NCBI GenBank assembly: GCA_000165425.1
Contig: CT867990.1
Coordinates: 248,001-306,506, forward strand
From: Paramecium tetraurelia
Taxonomy: Eukaryota
Reading direction: 5' to 3'
DNA length: 58,506 nucleotides
A program made the position numbers and the translations under genes. The notes beneath the pieces are model-generated. The model did no database searches, was not told the origin of the DNA, and was given only the letters and a program-made list of their open reading frames with translations. Each line of letters starts with the position of its first letter. Positions within the stretch are counted from its first letter, which is position 1. Of the stretch, positions 41,545 to 55,759 are shown piece after piece.

Positions 41545-44500
41545 ATGACGAACAAATTCTTCCTTCTTACTATTTTATTGAAAATAACTGATTCCCAGTG
41601 GCTTCTTTAACATAGCTATGCTTCAAAAGATACTTTACAATTTAATATGCAAATAAAAAATACTAACTGCTAGTACACAGAATATTTAACAAATCAATAT
41701 CAACCTGCTAATTATATTAATTGCACGTCCTCTCCTAAAAGCTATATAACATTAGATTAACTAAATCGAACAGTTTCAAATTGTGATTATAAAACTTAAA
41801 CAATTTATTGCGATTATATGTGTCTAATTTCATTTGATTTATATTATTAGGGTATTTGGGCGAATGAATAATTAGAATTTAAATTTTATAATCACAGCTA
41901 TACCTTCGCTCATACATCACTTCATGAATACAAGTTAAATACAGGATTTTGTGACTCGATATAATATGAAGTTAAATAAATAAACATAACTCATACGTAA
42001 AAGTCAATGTTAAACTTCACATTTTCAGCAGCATTAAGTAATGGTTAAGTATCTTTAAAAAATCTTTTTATCCTCAATTATTAATATAATTGCTATCCTA
42101 AATGTAGTGAATGCTCAGGTCCTGAATATAATTAATGTTAGAAGTGCTTTTATGGAACTCAACAAAATAACATTTGTCCTTCTTGTCCTTTTGGTTAATA
42201 CTATGTAAAATATAAAGGCTGCCAATTTAAAAAAAGTTTCATTTAGCCTTTATGCTTCAACGATTTTTGTAATGAAATTTCATGTAATTTTCAATAATAA
42301 TTTAAGTTTCCATATAATATTATACTAATTTATCATATTATCCAGAGCGAATTTTATGGTCCATAATTTATGATCATCAAAATTAGAATGTTCACCCTTC
42401 AGTATTATGGTGGAATTAATTTTTTTATGGAATATTTAAAATGGCTTTAGGAATATCAAGATATTTTGATAAAATTAAATCAAATGTTGGGTATTCCCTT
42501 GGATTTTTGATAAAAGTAATTTTTTTTAATGATTTAAAACCTGATAGTGGAATTCATTTTTAGTTCAATAAAACTTATTATGCATCAATATATAATACAA
42601 GCGAAGGAATTAAATTGCATAATTTTACTTCTATCTAATGTATTCTTTAATCTGCTTATCATGAGTATACTTCCAATTAGTTATGTGTAATTTATGGCTA
42701 CTTTGATATTCCTTAGTATCCATTTTTATTTTCAGCAATCGGAAATCTGACGTAAATTTTATTATAAATTAGGGATCCTTAATCTGGTTGGGGCATGGTT
42801 GGTGTCGAAATAACAGCAGATTATTGCACTGATAACTGTTTAGCCTGTGATATATCACAAAAATGTACAACTTGTGTGAGCCCTTACTTTTTGTATCGAA
42901 ATGGTACTTGTATCAAGGAATGCAATGATTTGTATCAATAAAATAATGGAACATATTGTAAGGATTTCGATGATGAAACACCATGTAATTATTAAAATAT
43001 ATATTCCATAGATTCTGAATTAATAATAAGAGAAAACATAAATTACACTTATTAGTACGACTCCTCATACAAACTTATCAAATAAACTGGAGATAATTTC
43101 TTGAAAGGAGAAGATTTATATTATTCATATTGGAATGGATTTCTTATTTTTGGAGGCTCTTTTATATGGGCTTAAGCATAATTTGAAAGAATTCATTCAA
43201 TTGATAGACCACATCATAGTATTTCAATAGCATTTCACATTTTGTATGGATCTGAATTTCCAGATAATAGTGAATTTATATTTACAATAGATTAAAATAG
43301 TCCAAATATTAAGAAGAGGATAAATGCAAAACAAAATAGCGATGGAACCTATTTTGATTTGGTTTCATAAAGCATAACACATTAATCTAGTACTATTAAT
43401 ATTACTTTTGAATGTAAGGGTTTAAACGAACCCATAAAAGCATTTTGTGGCTTGTATAACTTCTACTTAGCAGTTCATTATTGTAAACCTTATTGCAAAA
43501 AATGTATAGATTAAAAAGATTGTTAAGAATGGAATGGAACATATAATTTAACTTAAATTTAATTTTCTTAATAAGATTGTAGTACGAATTAATATTTTGA
43601 TGTTCATCAATCCTTATGTTTAAATTGCACTTCTTCATGTCTAACTTGTAAATCAGCTATTGTTTGCTTATCATGCAAAAGTAGGTATTAATTAACAAAC
43701 TTTGGATGTTTTTGTGCTAAAAATTAATATGAAGAAACTGATGAATGTAAAACTTGTCCACCCTAGTGCAATTAATGTTTAAGTGACACCTTTTGTATCG
43801 AATGTATCGATAGGACTAAAATGAGCCTAATAAATGGGTAATGTAATTGCATTAATGGCTACACTTTGAATGCAGCCAGTAATTTATGTGAAAATAATAC
43901 CCTTACCCTTTAATGCGGCTTATAATGTTAGAATTGTATTTCTGGAAAGTGTTTTGAATGTAGTGAAAATTGGTATGTAGATCCTATCGAGTATATTTGT
44001 AAATAAAAATGTGGGGATTTTGTTAAATTAGAGTCTGAGAAGTGTGAAAGCAGTTTTGTATTGCCTTATAGAGGATGTATTAATTGTGAACCAAATTGTC
44101 AATCATCATGTTTCAATTGTGGTACAGGTGAAAAAGGTTGTTTAGAATGTGTGAAAGGTTATTCATTAATCGACAATTTATGTTATTCTATCTGTGGCGA
44201 CTAGATTTTAACGGAAGAAGAATAATGTGATGATGGAAACCTAATATATGGTGATGGGTGTCATTTTTGTCAATACAGTTGTTCAGATTCATGTTAAAAT
44301 TGTATTGATGGAATATGTTTTAATTATAAATTAGATCATCCATTAACAAAAATCCAATGTGATCCAGTATTAGGAAAAGAAATGTTTAATAATTCATCAT
44401 TATGTTATTTAATAGACAATTTATACCTATTGAGTGAGATCTATAATTCCAATTTTGGTTGTGATTTAAATTGCCAAAATTGTTTTTTTTAAATCTGCTA

Positions 44501-47500
44501 CAGATGTGACCATGACTATATACTTTCAGTAGATTCTAGGAAATGTATTTAAAAAACTTCGCTTTTTGATTATAATTAAGAACATAGTTTAATAAAAATT
44601 GGTAATGTGTGCTTAAAATGTGCTGATTATGCTTATTTTGATGTGCTTGAATAAATTTGTAAACCGAATCTATCCAATATTAAAAAGTGTCAAATTTAGA
44701 TGTTATTATCACCAGATCAATTTTGCAACTAATGCTTCAAAAATTGTTTGAAATGTTCCTACCATAGTTGTATTTTATGCATGGAAGGATATCATACTGA
44801 TTATTAATCTAATTGTATCTCTGATTGTGAAGATGGGATTCAGACAATTAACGAAAAATGCGAAATTAATGAACAAACCTGTTTGAGTTGTGAATTCTAA
44901 ATATCAAAATATTGCTAATATTAACCTTTAGAATTATGTTTATAGTGCAAACATGGATATTATTATAATCTTCTAATCTAAGACTGTGAATCTATTTGTG
45001 GAGATGGAATTATAGCAGAAGACGAAGATTGTGAAATATAACACTAATATATGAGAAACGGATGCCAATAATGTAAATATACCTTTGATAATGGTTGTAA
45101 AGAATACAAAGATGGGCTTTGTAATTTATGCATTGAAGGTTATATATTAATTAATAGTTCATGTTACATTTATGGGTTTGATATTTCAAACAATTTATAG
45201 TATTATGACTTTGTTAGAGAGAGTAATTATGAATTAGAACAGTATTGCGCTTCTAGAAATAGTAATTATTTGGCTTTTGCATTTAACTAATGTTTACCGA
45301 TTTGTGGAGATGGTATAATAACTCATGACGAAGAATGTGAAGATGAGTATTCACAATAATCATATGGATGCTTTAATTGTAGATATTCATGTCCTATTAA
45401 TTGTTTATAATGCGAATTTGGTTAATGTAATAAATGTATTGATGGCTTCTAAATATTAGAAAATATATGTTATCCTAAATGTAGAGATTAACTTATTAAA
45501 TATGAAAAGTAATGTGACGATGGAAATATGATACCATTTGATGGATGTTATAAATGCTAAAATAGTTGTCAAATAGAGTGTCTAATCTGTTTACAAGCCA
45601 AATGTGTTTAATGTATTTCAGGATGGAATCTAATTGATGGAAAATGCTACTAGAAATGTGGTGATGGCAAATTAGCAATAATATCTGAGGAATAATGTGA
45701 CAATCCATTAGATTTAAATTGTAAAAATTGTAAATTAAATTAATGTATGCCATATTGCGATTTTTGTGATAACCTATAATAATGCTAAGCTTGCTAAGTC
45801 TCTTTCTAACTGGTTAATAATAGTTGCATAACTATATGTGGTGATGGTATTATAACTTTGGGGTATGAGTAATGTGATGATGGAAATGAAATTGAGTTTG
45901 ATGGATGCCATAATTGTGAATTTTCATGTTCGATAGGATGCATGATTTGCTAAGAAAATAATGTTTGCTTAAAATGTAATGAAGAGGAGTCTTTTACTTT
46001 GGATCACAAAACTAAAAAATGTGTATTTTTTTAAATTTAAGAAAATGAAGTTCCTAATAATAATAGTGAAGTTACAAATGAGGAAGAAGAAGATATTAAA
46101 ATTATTTAAAATGAAGAATTTGCACATGAGGAGGATGATTAAATTCCATAAGGTGATGATGATTAATTATCAGTTTAGAATTGTGGGAATGGTAAATTGT
46201 AATATAGCTTAGAAGAAGAATGTGACGATGGAAATACACTTGGATCAGATGGATGTTCTCAATTTTGTACTATTGAGTCTTCATTTAAGTGTAAGAATTT
46301 TGAAAATGAAAAGAGTGAATGCTCATTTATACAAGCTCCTGAATTTTACTTAAATTTCATATCAACTACTTTGAATTCAATTCAAATTGTAGATCTAACT
46401 TTTTCTTAAGAGATTCGATTACAACAATAGAGTATGATTGAAGATTTAGCCGATTTTTCAATTGAACCTTCTTCTAAATGTTAAATAACAGTTATTCCTC
46501 TAATTAATTTCACAACTGAATTAAATATGTCGCATTATCAATTTTCTATATAATTCTATTAAAGCATAAACCGCCCTCTATTTAAACTAAAATTTAAATA
46601 AAATTCATTAGTCAACTTAGATAATATTCCTCTCGTGAGCTTAGAAAAAAGTATTTTTATTGGGAATTCTTTTGTTTTATCAGAGTAAACGAAAAAAAAA
46701 CTAAGTTAGATCATTTTACTGAATGATATAGTTATGTACACTTTGATAAGCATTTCAGTGCTAGCGTTGCTAATAGGGAATCCAATAATGTTTTTGAATC
46801 TCTTAAATCTACTTTAATCTTTTTCTTATCTTAGATATGTATAATATCAATTTCCTCCTCATTTTTCATAATTTCTTGAAACATACTCTAAGATATCTTT
46901 ACAAATATTTTTAGACTACTTATAAATTGATTAAATATTAACTTAACTAAATGGAGGATAACTTCCTTCTTCAAACAAATCAGCTTCATAAACAAATCAA
47001 ACGGAATAGCAAAACTAAGTATTTTTAATTAATGCTAAAAGCTGTTATATTTCATTCTTCACTTCATATCTTACCTACATAATATATAAAATAATAACAT
47101 CAAAATAGATAGATAATTATCTCAAAAAGGTTTTGGAATTAAAATTTGAAAACATCAAATATTTACAAATAATAAGGTTATTCTAAAAAAAAATTCAATA
47201 GCATTGTGTCAAATTGAAACATTAGTTTTTCTCTAAAGATATTTTTCAAGTTTATCTTACAATACTTCATTAATTATTATTTAGTGCATTTATGCAATTT
47301 CCAAACTATAGTTTTCAATCATTTTTTGAAGCATTTAATTCACTCAATTCTTTATTGGCTTTGGGATTAATAATGGTGGTTAATTTTAAATCGCTTGATA
47401 TAACATCATAAAAAATAAAAAATAAAAGAAAATGGAAGTATTTTTTTGAGGAATCAAAATCAGAATTTTGGGCTGCAAATTTCAAATCATTTTCAATCTA

Positions 47501-47978
47501 TAGAATTAACGCCTATATTTTTGTAGTCGTATTTTTGATCAATTGGCCTGAAGTCTAATCTATTTTTCTCTCTATTCAATCATTAGTCTACTTGATATAT
47601 CTATGTACAGTAAAGCCATTAATATCAAATAATGAATATATTAAATTAATATTTAGAGAGTTTCTCTTTCTATCAACAGTTGGCTCATTTTTAACCTATA
47701 GTTTTAATTAAGATGAAGAACAGCTTTTAACGTGGGGTTGGATCCATATTTCAATGCTCACAACTATATTAGGGACAAGTTTATTTGTAGATATGATTGA
47801 ATTCATTGGTAAGCTTCATTCAAATTATCTGAAATAGAAAATAAAGAAGGAGATATTATAAGAGAAAAATACTTTAAGTTCTCCATTGTAGCTTATTGAT
47901 CGTTAAAATATGTAGAATCTTAACAAAGCATTGTCAGATGTTGAATTTAATCTGGATTAGATTAATTAATAAATTTGA
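41545..47978 (+). CDS. Large Cys-rich surface protein (~2,100 aa): signal peptide, furin-like CxxC repeats, Myxococcus-type CGDG..E.CDDGN repeats, C-terminal multi-pass membrane domain
   Basis: MTNKFFLLTILLKITDSQW...; ICGDQILTEEEQCDDGNLIYGDGC, ICGDGIIAEDEDCE, CGNGKLQYSLEEECDDGNTLGSDGCS; several hydrophobic helices near the end (..WGWIHISMLTTILG). Putative introns ~42284-42306, 42752-42772, 42985-43011. No TGA found in the parts translated (most of the gene). Confidence 0.85.
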
Positions 47979-48549
47979 GCAATTTCAAATTTGATTTATT
48001 TTCACTGTTTTATAATTATATGAAAAATTAATCAACATAAAAAATAAGTATTGATTTTGATATAAATTTTCTGGTTATTTTTTTAGGATGAGATCATTTA
48101 TATTTTAAAATTGCAAAAATTTTCTTTAAAATCGACCACATTATATATAGCATTTAATTTATTGTTATTGAAGAAGTTGGTTTGATTTCTTAAAAATCTT
48201 TGAGGTTTTTCTAATGCTTTTAGAAATAATTCATCAATATTTTTTGTTAATTTTTGGATTTAGAATGATTTACTCAAGATGTTATATATATTTTTATGTT
48301 ATTGATAATAAAATATACAGATATTGCTCAAGATTTCATCCATTTAAAGAAATCCTAAAATTAATTGATGCTTATTTCCTTAATGGATTTAAAAAAAAGA
48401 TTAAGAATTTTAGATAAGAAGCATTAGGATAATTTATTAGAAAGGTAGTATTAGTTATCTGAAATTTGAATAAATAATACTAGTAATACTTCCTGATCCT
48501 TAAGATATATATTTTATTAATATTAAGTGAGTTTTTTTATCTAAATTGG

Positions 48550-49270
48550 CGCTTAATAAATCACAAGTAATATAATAAACTTAAAATACTAATTTCGATA
48601 TCAGAGCTTTATTTCAAGTTGATATAAATTTAAAACTTGATTAATTGTTTAGATTACAGCTTAGGGCTCTTATAAAATTCTTTTTGCTTGTGCATATTTT
48701 TTAATTGCTAATTTTTTGAGATGTAGGGAGTAGGTTATACATAATTTCCACATTCACATTTATTGATATCAGACATAAAAATGTAAACTCTAACATTCAA
48801 AACTCTATTCTGCTTTTGTGTTTCCTGTTATATTGAAGGATTGCTTGCCTTGTGGTTACGATCAACTACTTCTCACCTAATAACAGCAATCCAAAATTTT
48901 TGTAATTATGGAATCTGAAAAAAGTAAAATATATAATCAAATTAATTGGTCATTCATTTTTGTTTATTCAGTCTGTTTCTCTCTTGATGGCACCACATTT
49001 GCATCTAGAAATTATAATCAAAAAATCTTACATTCTGATAAGTGTTAGAAAGATATTCTAGCACACTTTTAATGTTAGAATTTTAAAAATAATGTTATTT
49101 CTGAAATTGGTAATTTTTTTCCACTATCCTATGACCATCTAAAAGTTAGAATTTAGAGATTATAATGAATTTGATTTAATAAGGACATCCTACATTTCTG
49201 CTTTGTATATTTTCTGATTTCTCTTCCTTTCTTTTCTACTTCAACAATCAAAAGAGAAAAACTGATCAAT
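48550..49270 (+). pseudogene. Decayed Paramecium WD40-repeat family gene
   Basis: YFSPN..LQLWNLKKVKYIIKLIGHS / VYSVCFSLDGTTFAS and DILAHFQ resemble the KLDGH..VYSVCFSPDGTTLASGS family; frameshifted. Confidence 0.6.
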
Positions 49271-49599
49271 CGGGTCTTTACTTCTAATTTTATATCTATC
49301 AAGAAAAATACATCTATTGAATTTCAAATCATTAATTTTTAACTCTATACTTTTGAATATATCATTATATTTTTTTCTTTTTAAAATGATAATTTATATT
49401 GATATTGATATAAAAATTTATCTTAGCTTCATCAATATATCCTTCGAAATATTCATTCATATTCATAGGAATAAACATCTAAACCTGAATAATATCGCGA
49501 CTATCAAAAGAAAATTCCAAAATGGCTTGATGTTAGTTGGTTGACACCAGTAACCTGCTATAGTATGTACTATCAGTGAAGCGCAAACCATTAAACAAA

Positions 49600-52500
49600 A
49601 ACTGTGTATTATGTTTTTTTTTATTATTTTCTTAATGCAGCATCTTAATCGACTGATTGCAGTGCTAATTCTTTGATGATGATAGTAATTAATAGAGTAT
49701 AAATTTTAAATTTTGTTAAGGACCTACCTAACTCATATCATAAGCCTTTAATTAACTTAATATACTTGTACAGTGCCAAAGCATTGTTGCCAAATGCAAT
49801 GTCTGCTTTATATTTAATACATTTAATTTGTTATTGTTAGTGGAAGATAATAAATAGGACGACTACTTATTGTATCAGAATTCAATAACTATATGGTACT
49901 GTGGAGAACACTTCGATACCTTTATTCAGGCCCTACATGAACGGAAATAATTAAGACGTTTTTGATAATAGTACTAATCCTTAATAAAGAGGACAATAAT
50001 TTATAACACCCTCAATGCTTTAATTAATTCATGGAGTATGATAATGGATTAGCATGAACTTCACTTGTTAATTGTGTTAGAATTACTTCAAACATATATA
50101 TCAGTACTTTTTATATTTAAAGGTTATTATGTATTTCCCTTTGCATTAAAATTACAAAAATCCTCTGTTTCAAAGGATAAAGTTGGGATTCGTATTAAAT
50201 CTGAGAGGGTTGTATTTTGAGAGCACAACTATGCGTTTAATATTAAGAGGTTGGTTTGATTAGAGATATCTCTGCTAATATGACATATCTCATAATGCTA
50301 AACTTCTTGTATTGTTAATTATATCATTGATGATTCAACTAGTGTCTATTACCTTTATTTTGGTGGAATTGTTAGAAAATATGTAGAACATGTCTACCTC
50401 CATAAGTAATAAAGATTCTTATAAAAGTAGGAATATTGTGCGAATTATTTAGAAGTGTTCTTAATGATACTTACTTCCAAAAATCATACAGCTTGTAATT
50501 TTATTTAAGTGGTGTGAGTGTAGATGCTGTAATGATTCAGATACAGCTACCACTCCTCTTATGTGCTTAATGAACTGATCTTTGAAAAACATAATGACAA
50601 ATGCTCTATATTTATATTCCCATAATCTGATAAAATAAATATCTATCATATCCAAGCCCTAATCTTTAAAATAATTTATGTAAAACTTCTTACTGCTTAA
50701 ACATACTCACTTACACTGATTGAATTTAAAGTATAGATTTATGATAGAACTAAAAATGCTAAGGTTTTTGTGGTTTCACAATTTGTAAGATAGAGCAACT
50801 CCAAATTGTTATAAAAACTTTCTTTTAAAATAATTGATGATCCTATATAACCTTCTTGAAAATATGAATAAAAATTCTACTAAATGTTCATCATGCTCAG
50901 TGGAACCCATAAGAGTTAAAGGAGAACTAGTGTTAGTTGATTATCTGTGATAATTAAATCACATATAATAGTTGAGCAATGCTAGCCAATTACTTGTCTT
51001 AAAATAATGCTTGCCTTTTATGTTTGTCTTCAGTTAGTTTATATCTGGGTAGAGCAAACTATTTCTAAAGCAAATTCAGTCACTCTGCTTACAGATTGAC
51101 GCGATGCCTAAGATTGAGAAAAACCATGAATACAATATTTGTATGCATTTTTTATTGCACGAATTATACAAGTTTTCGAAATTGATTTAATGTATTGTTG
51201 TAAGAATAGCGTCAGATGGGCAACTATCAATACATTAAATGTGTGCTTTTAAAATATAAGTATGGGAATGGAGTTTCAAGTTGAGTCTGCAAGTATTATC
51301 TAACTTTAAGACAAAGCTATTCAAGATGAACACTCTTAATTATTTTTTAGAGGTTTAATTAAGATATCCAGATATATTGAGAAGCTATGGATGGTGCAGT
51401 TATTGAAAATTTAGCATGCAGTAGTTGGACATTGTTCATGCTCAACAGTAGTTAGCAAATTAAAATAAGCAAGTAGTTGCAAATCTTATTCCATGATTTA
51501 AACACATAATAAATGGGCCAATAATAAAAAGAATTAATACATTAGGTACAACAGATGTAGCAAATTAAGTAGATGTGCATGCAATTTGATCACTTACTAT
51601 GTACAATACGAACTTCTAGTGCTAAATTCATGCAATCCTATCCTGAATTGAGATATCACCTTAACTCGATTAATCGGTGCATTTTGCCTTTATTGAAAAA
51701 TAACAAGTAGAGCTTGATACATTTTGTAAATGTAAAAGTAGAATTGATATTTACTAATTATAATAAATCTACAACAACTTCCTAACACTCTAATTGCTAT
51801 TGTAAAACTTCAAAAAGTAGGAGGTTGATGTTATTCCTAGTGCAAAGTGTACTGATTTATAACACTGCATCTTGATGATATTGTTATAAGGTCAACAAAA
51901 TAACTTGGAGTGTATAATATAATTCCAATTTTAAGATAAGTGGGAATCTAAGCTTACAAATGTCATGTATTTCATCAAAATATATTAGAAGCTTAATTAA
52001 TTAGTATTCACTGTTGTAGCGAAAATTAGTAAATATTTTTGCTCTTTTTTTTGTTTCGCTCTCGAAATTCTCTCAGAAGTAGTTACTGATCATTGTATAA
52101 AGTGTAAAATTGATAACATTTAATGTTTCTCAATACTACGTCATCCCTTCTCAAGAATATTTTACTTTTCCGACATATCAGATACATTTAGATCAATTAT
52201 AATTTTGATAGTAACTACTAAGACAAGCGCTATAAGTAATTTACATCATCATTGCCAAAAAAGGATACTCACAAGGAATAAACATGAGATATCCTTCGTA
52301 TAAATGTTTGAATTGCTTTTATTATATTTATATTACATGTAGTTCCGGATATGAAGTCAAGCATGATGTACAAAAACTGCACAATTTATAGAGATGTAAT
52401 AGCAATCTTCATAACAATGTCTAAAGCGCCAGCCAAATGTTGATATGTTAACCATGTTGATGTGCATTTTATAAATGGCGGAGAATTTTAAGATGAATAT

Positions 52501-55500
52501 TACAAACTTAGTGACCAATTATATTTGCATCACCTGCGAAATCATAAGCCGTAAATAGAAAGTTGCATTAATCGCAACTATCATAGAAATATCTTCTTTT
52601 TCAAGGTAACTAAATTTCAACTGTACATTAAGGGGATCAAGTATTAAGTATACTTCTTACAAGTAGAATTTCGAACTATAGTGAGCATTCATAAAATTCT
52701 CCATTATATCCCTCAGATTTAAGGTTTTTTGATTGCAATATACACTGAATACGTTTGTAGCTGGGATTGCTGCATCGTTTAGCAACTGGATCTGAAATTC
52801 AATTTTGAGCTACGAAATTTACAGTTTAATTTCCTACAAGTTGCAAATACAAAGGTTTAATAAAAAAGTGCATTAATTAGGGAAGATATTGTGATTGGAA
52901 TTTACAAATTAGATAAAAATGTAGGTGGGCAGGTGATACATAATTTCAATTTCCTGCTATGTAATCTATTGGACCACCCAGTTACGATTATTATGAAACT
53001 TGACACGACTAATATTCATTTATGCACTATTTATTGAATTCGTACAACAGCAATGAGCAATGGAAAAACTAAGAGTGCTGAAATTACTATGACAAGGGAG
53101 TATTCTATTACATTTTATTATTATAAACGAGATGCAATATATAATTTTCACCATTACTGGTTTTGTGGCACATATATAAATCCAATTAGTTAGAATCTGA
53201 TTTCAAGGCTGACAAATGTGCTGACGTGAATACATCTCAAACATTATCTTAAATTTTTGAAGCAATTTAGACTTCTATCAAGAGTTTCTATAATACTGTT
53301 ATCGTAGCATATGTTATTCATAAATCAATAGTATCATGATTAGATTTGGTACACTTAATTCCATTCGTATGGTATCCATGAAAATAAGGAGAACTTCTTA
53401 ATATAGATTGCACTAGAATTAAAAGCATAATAAGCATAATTTTTGGAATGGTAGTTAAACGCATTAACAAGATTCACTATAATAGGCAAAATATTGGGCA
53501 AGCAACTAGATGAGATTGTATCAAAATACACAGCTTGTATAAGACTTTTTGATCCTCTAATATAAGAATGATTAAGGAAATACTTATAACATGCGCAGTA
53601 AGAGGCAAGTATAGTCTGTTACAAAAAAAGATAAATTTTTCGAGGTGCAAATAAATTTTTGATGAATTACAAAAGCCTCAACAAATTTATAATATATGAT
53701 ATGGCATAGCATTAAATTGATTGGACTTGATTTCAGCAAAGATTCTTTATATACTTGCAGAGAATCTAACATTATTAAAATAATTAATAAGATCAAATTT
53801 AGGGAGCAATTATCTAAAAAAGTATCAGTATTATATGAAATTATTACATAAAGCTTGATTATAAGCAGTATGTAAATAATCCAAGAAAAAGTTAATTCAT
53901 TGTATTTTTATCTGTCAACACTAATTTTATGGTAAAGTATAAGCTGCAGTTTAATAATAATAATTTGAACGGAACAGAGGAATCCTTTCTGTTAGTAATT
54001 GAAATTAATTTCTTAAAAAGTGCCTTTAAAAAGTATGCTGCATACCACTTCAAATTAAAATGTAGCAACTAACAACAATTAATTACTATTGTCCTTCATA
54101 ATTAATGAAAGGATTCTTGCAATTTAGCTAATTATGTCATTATACCAAACGATTACATTGAAAACTTCAAGTAACTATTTCGCCTTAAATTCAATAATAT
54201 CTACAAGTATACATATGCTATAATTGGAAAGAGTTTAAAAATATTATTGCCTAGAGTCTTACTTAGGCAGTCACATGCAAGTAACATAACACGTGAAGGG
54301 CAGACATCGTTATGTACAAACAATTATTATTTGAAACAAGCAAATCAACTTTGGATGTTCAATTTTAAAAAAGTGTTTCAATTTAAATACGTATTAATTT
54401 TTTGAATAAACTAAGTTGCTCTATAAGCAAATGTGACATAATTGTAGTAACGCTTTGCTAAAACTAGTCATAATACGCTCTTTCTTAATACTACGCTGTG
54501 TAAATAGTATACATTCAAACCTCATACTAAATGTTTACAAGCTAAGTAGTTAATAATTTTCATACATATGCCAGTTCAATTAAGTCTACTTTCTTTACGA
54601 TAATTGTGTATATTACTAAAGGCTCAAAGGAAGTGCTGTGTGCTACAGCAAAACTGATTTCACACAATATATATATTTCATTCTCTTGATGTGTTTTAAG
54701 AAATGTGCTCACTATGTCTAAAATATTAGGACATTTTTCATGTTCATTTTGCATTGAATAGTAATGTTTTTATAGAATGGGATTCCTTTAAGCACTTGCT
54801 ATTGAGATGGTTATGTGATTGTGATCAGGCAATCAAATTCAAACAAGAGTTTATCAATAATGTGCAATATCTAGGTTTTTTCAATTATAATGTTGCTTCG
54901 ATATTATTTATCAAGTCATCCCTAACATTTTCTTTTGGCAATCATAACGATAATATAACTTGTTATTGTTGAACTATTTAAAGTGTTTTTGCACCTACTC
55001 TTAATTCGAAAAATCTTTGTAAATCATCTTATATTTTATATAGAGAACTCATGTGCATTCTAAATTTTTTTAATATCCTTCAATTTTAACTGCATAATCA
55101 ACTCATATGGGATATTGTAATTGTTAATATTTAGAGAATTAATCTAATAATAATCTTAACATTAGTGGTTGTAAAGTAGAATAAAAGTTGCTGTAAGAAA
55201 ACTTGCAAATGGTTCAGCAAGACTAATTCATGTGGCTTTTTTAATAAGTGCCTATAGACAATTGCAAATTACTTAGATATATTCACTCAAATATTTTAAA
55301 TAACAGTGGTCAGCTGTATGAGTAAGACCAGCACCATTTCTCAGCAATAGCACAATCTCCAAAAGTAGAAGTGTATTATATTGAATTGCGAATTTTATCT
55401 GAGGTCCAATTTATCCAACTAATAATTAATGTACTTGATACAAAGTGGATTTCAATGGAGGAATTATAGATTGCAATGATCTATCTAAATAATCACTTCA

Positions 55501-55715
55501 TTACTCTTCAGGTGAACGCTTAAGACAATGAAACATACTTACTATAAACATTAGTATTTACAAGAATCGATTAGGACATAATTGTGAGACAGTAGATCAA
55601 TGTAAATTAATAATAACAAACGCCATAGCTTTCAAGATAAAAGATATTAACATTTAAACCAATAGCTTTTCGCTTTGAATTATTGCTAGTTGCTATATGT
55701 ATAATGTTAAATAAA
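49600..55715 (+). pseudogene. Heavily decayed surface antigen (i-antigen-like) gene
   Basis: Remnants YCDWN..KCRWAGD..PPSYDYYET*, FWNGS, ITCAVRG, KPHTKCLQA, IEWDS, TCKWFSKTNSCGFFNKC, ending in a GPI-signal-like LLLVAICIML. Many stops and frameshifts; 5' boundary approximate. Confidence 0.6.
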
Positions 55716-55759
55716 TTTCAATAGGCCACCATGCCAATTGTTATGTCATCGTTTGAAGA

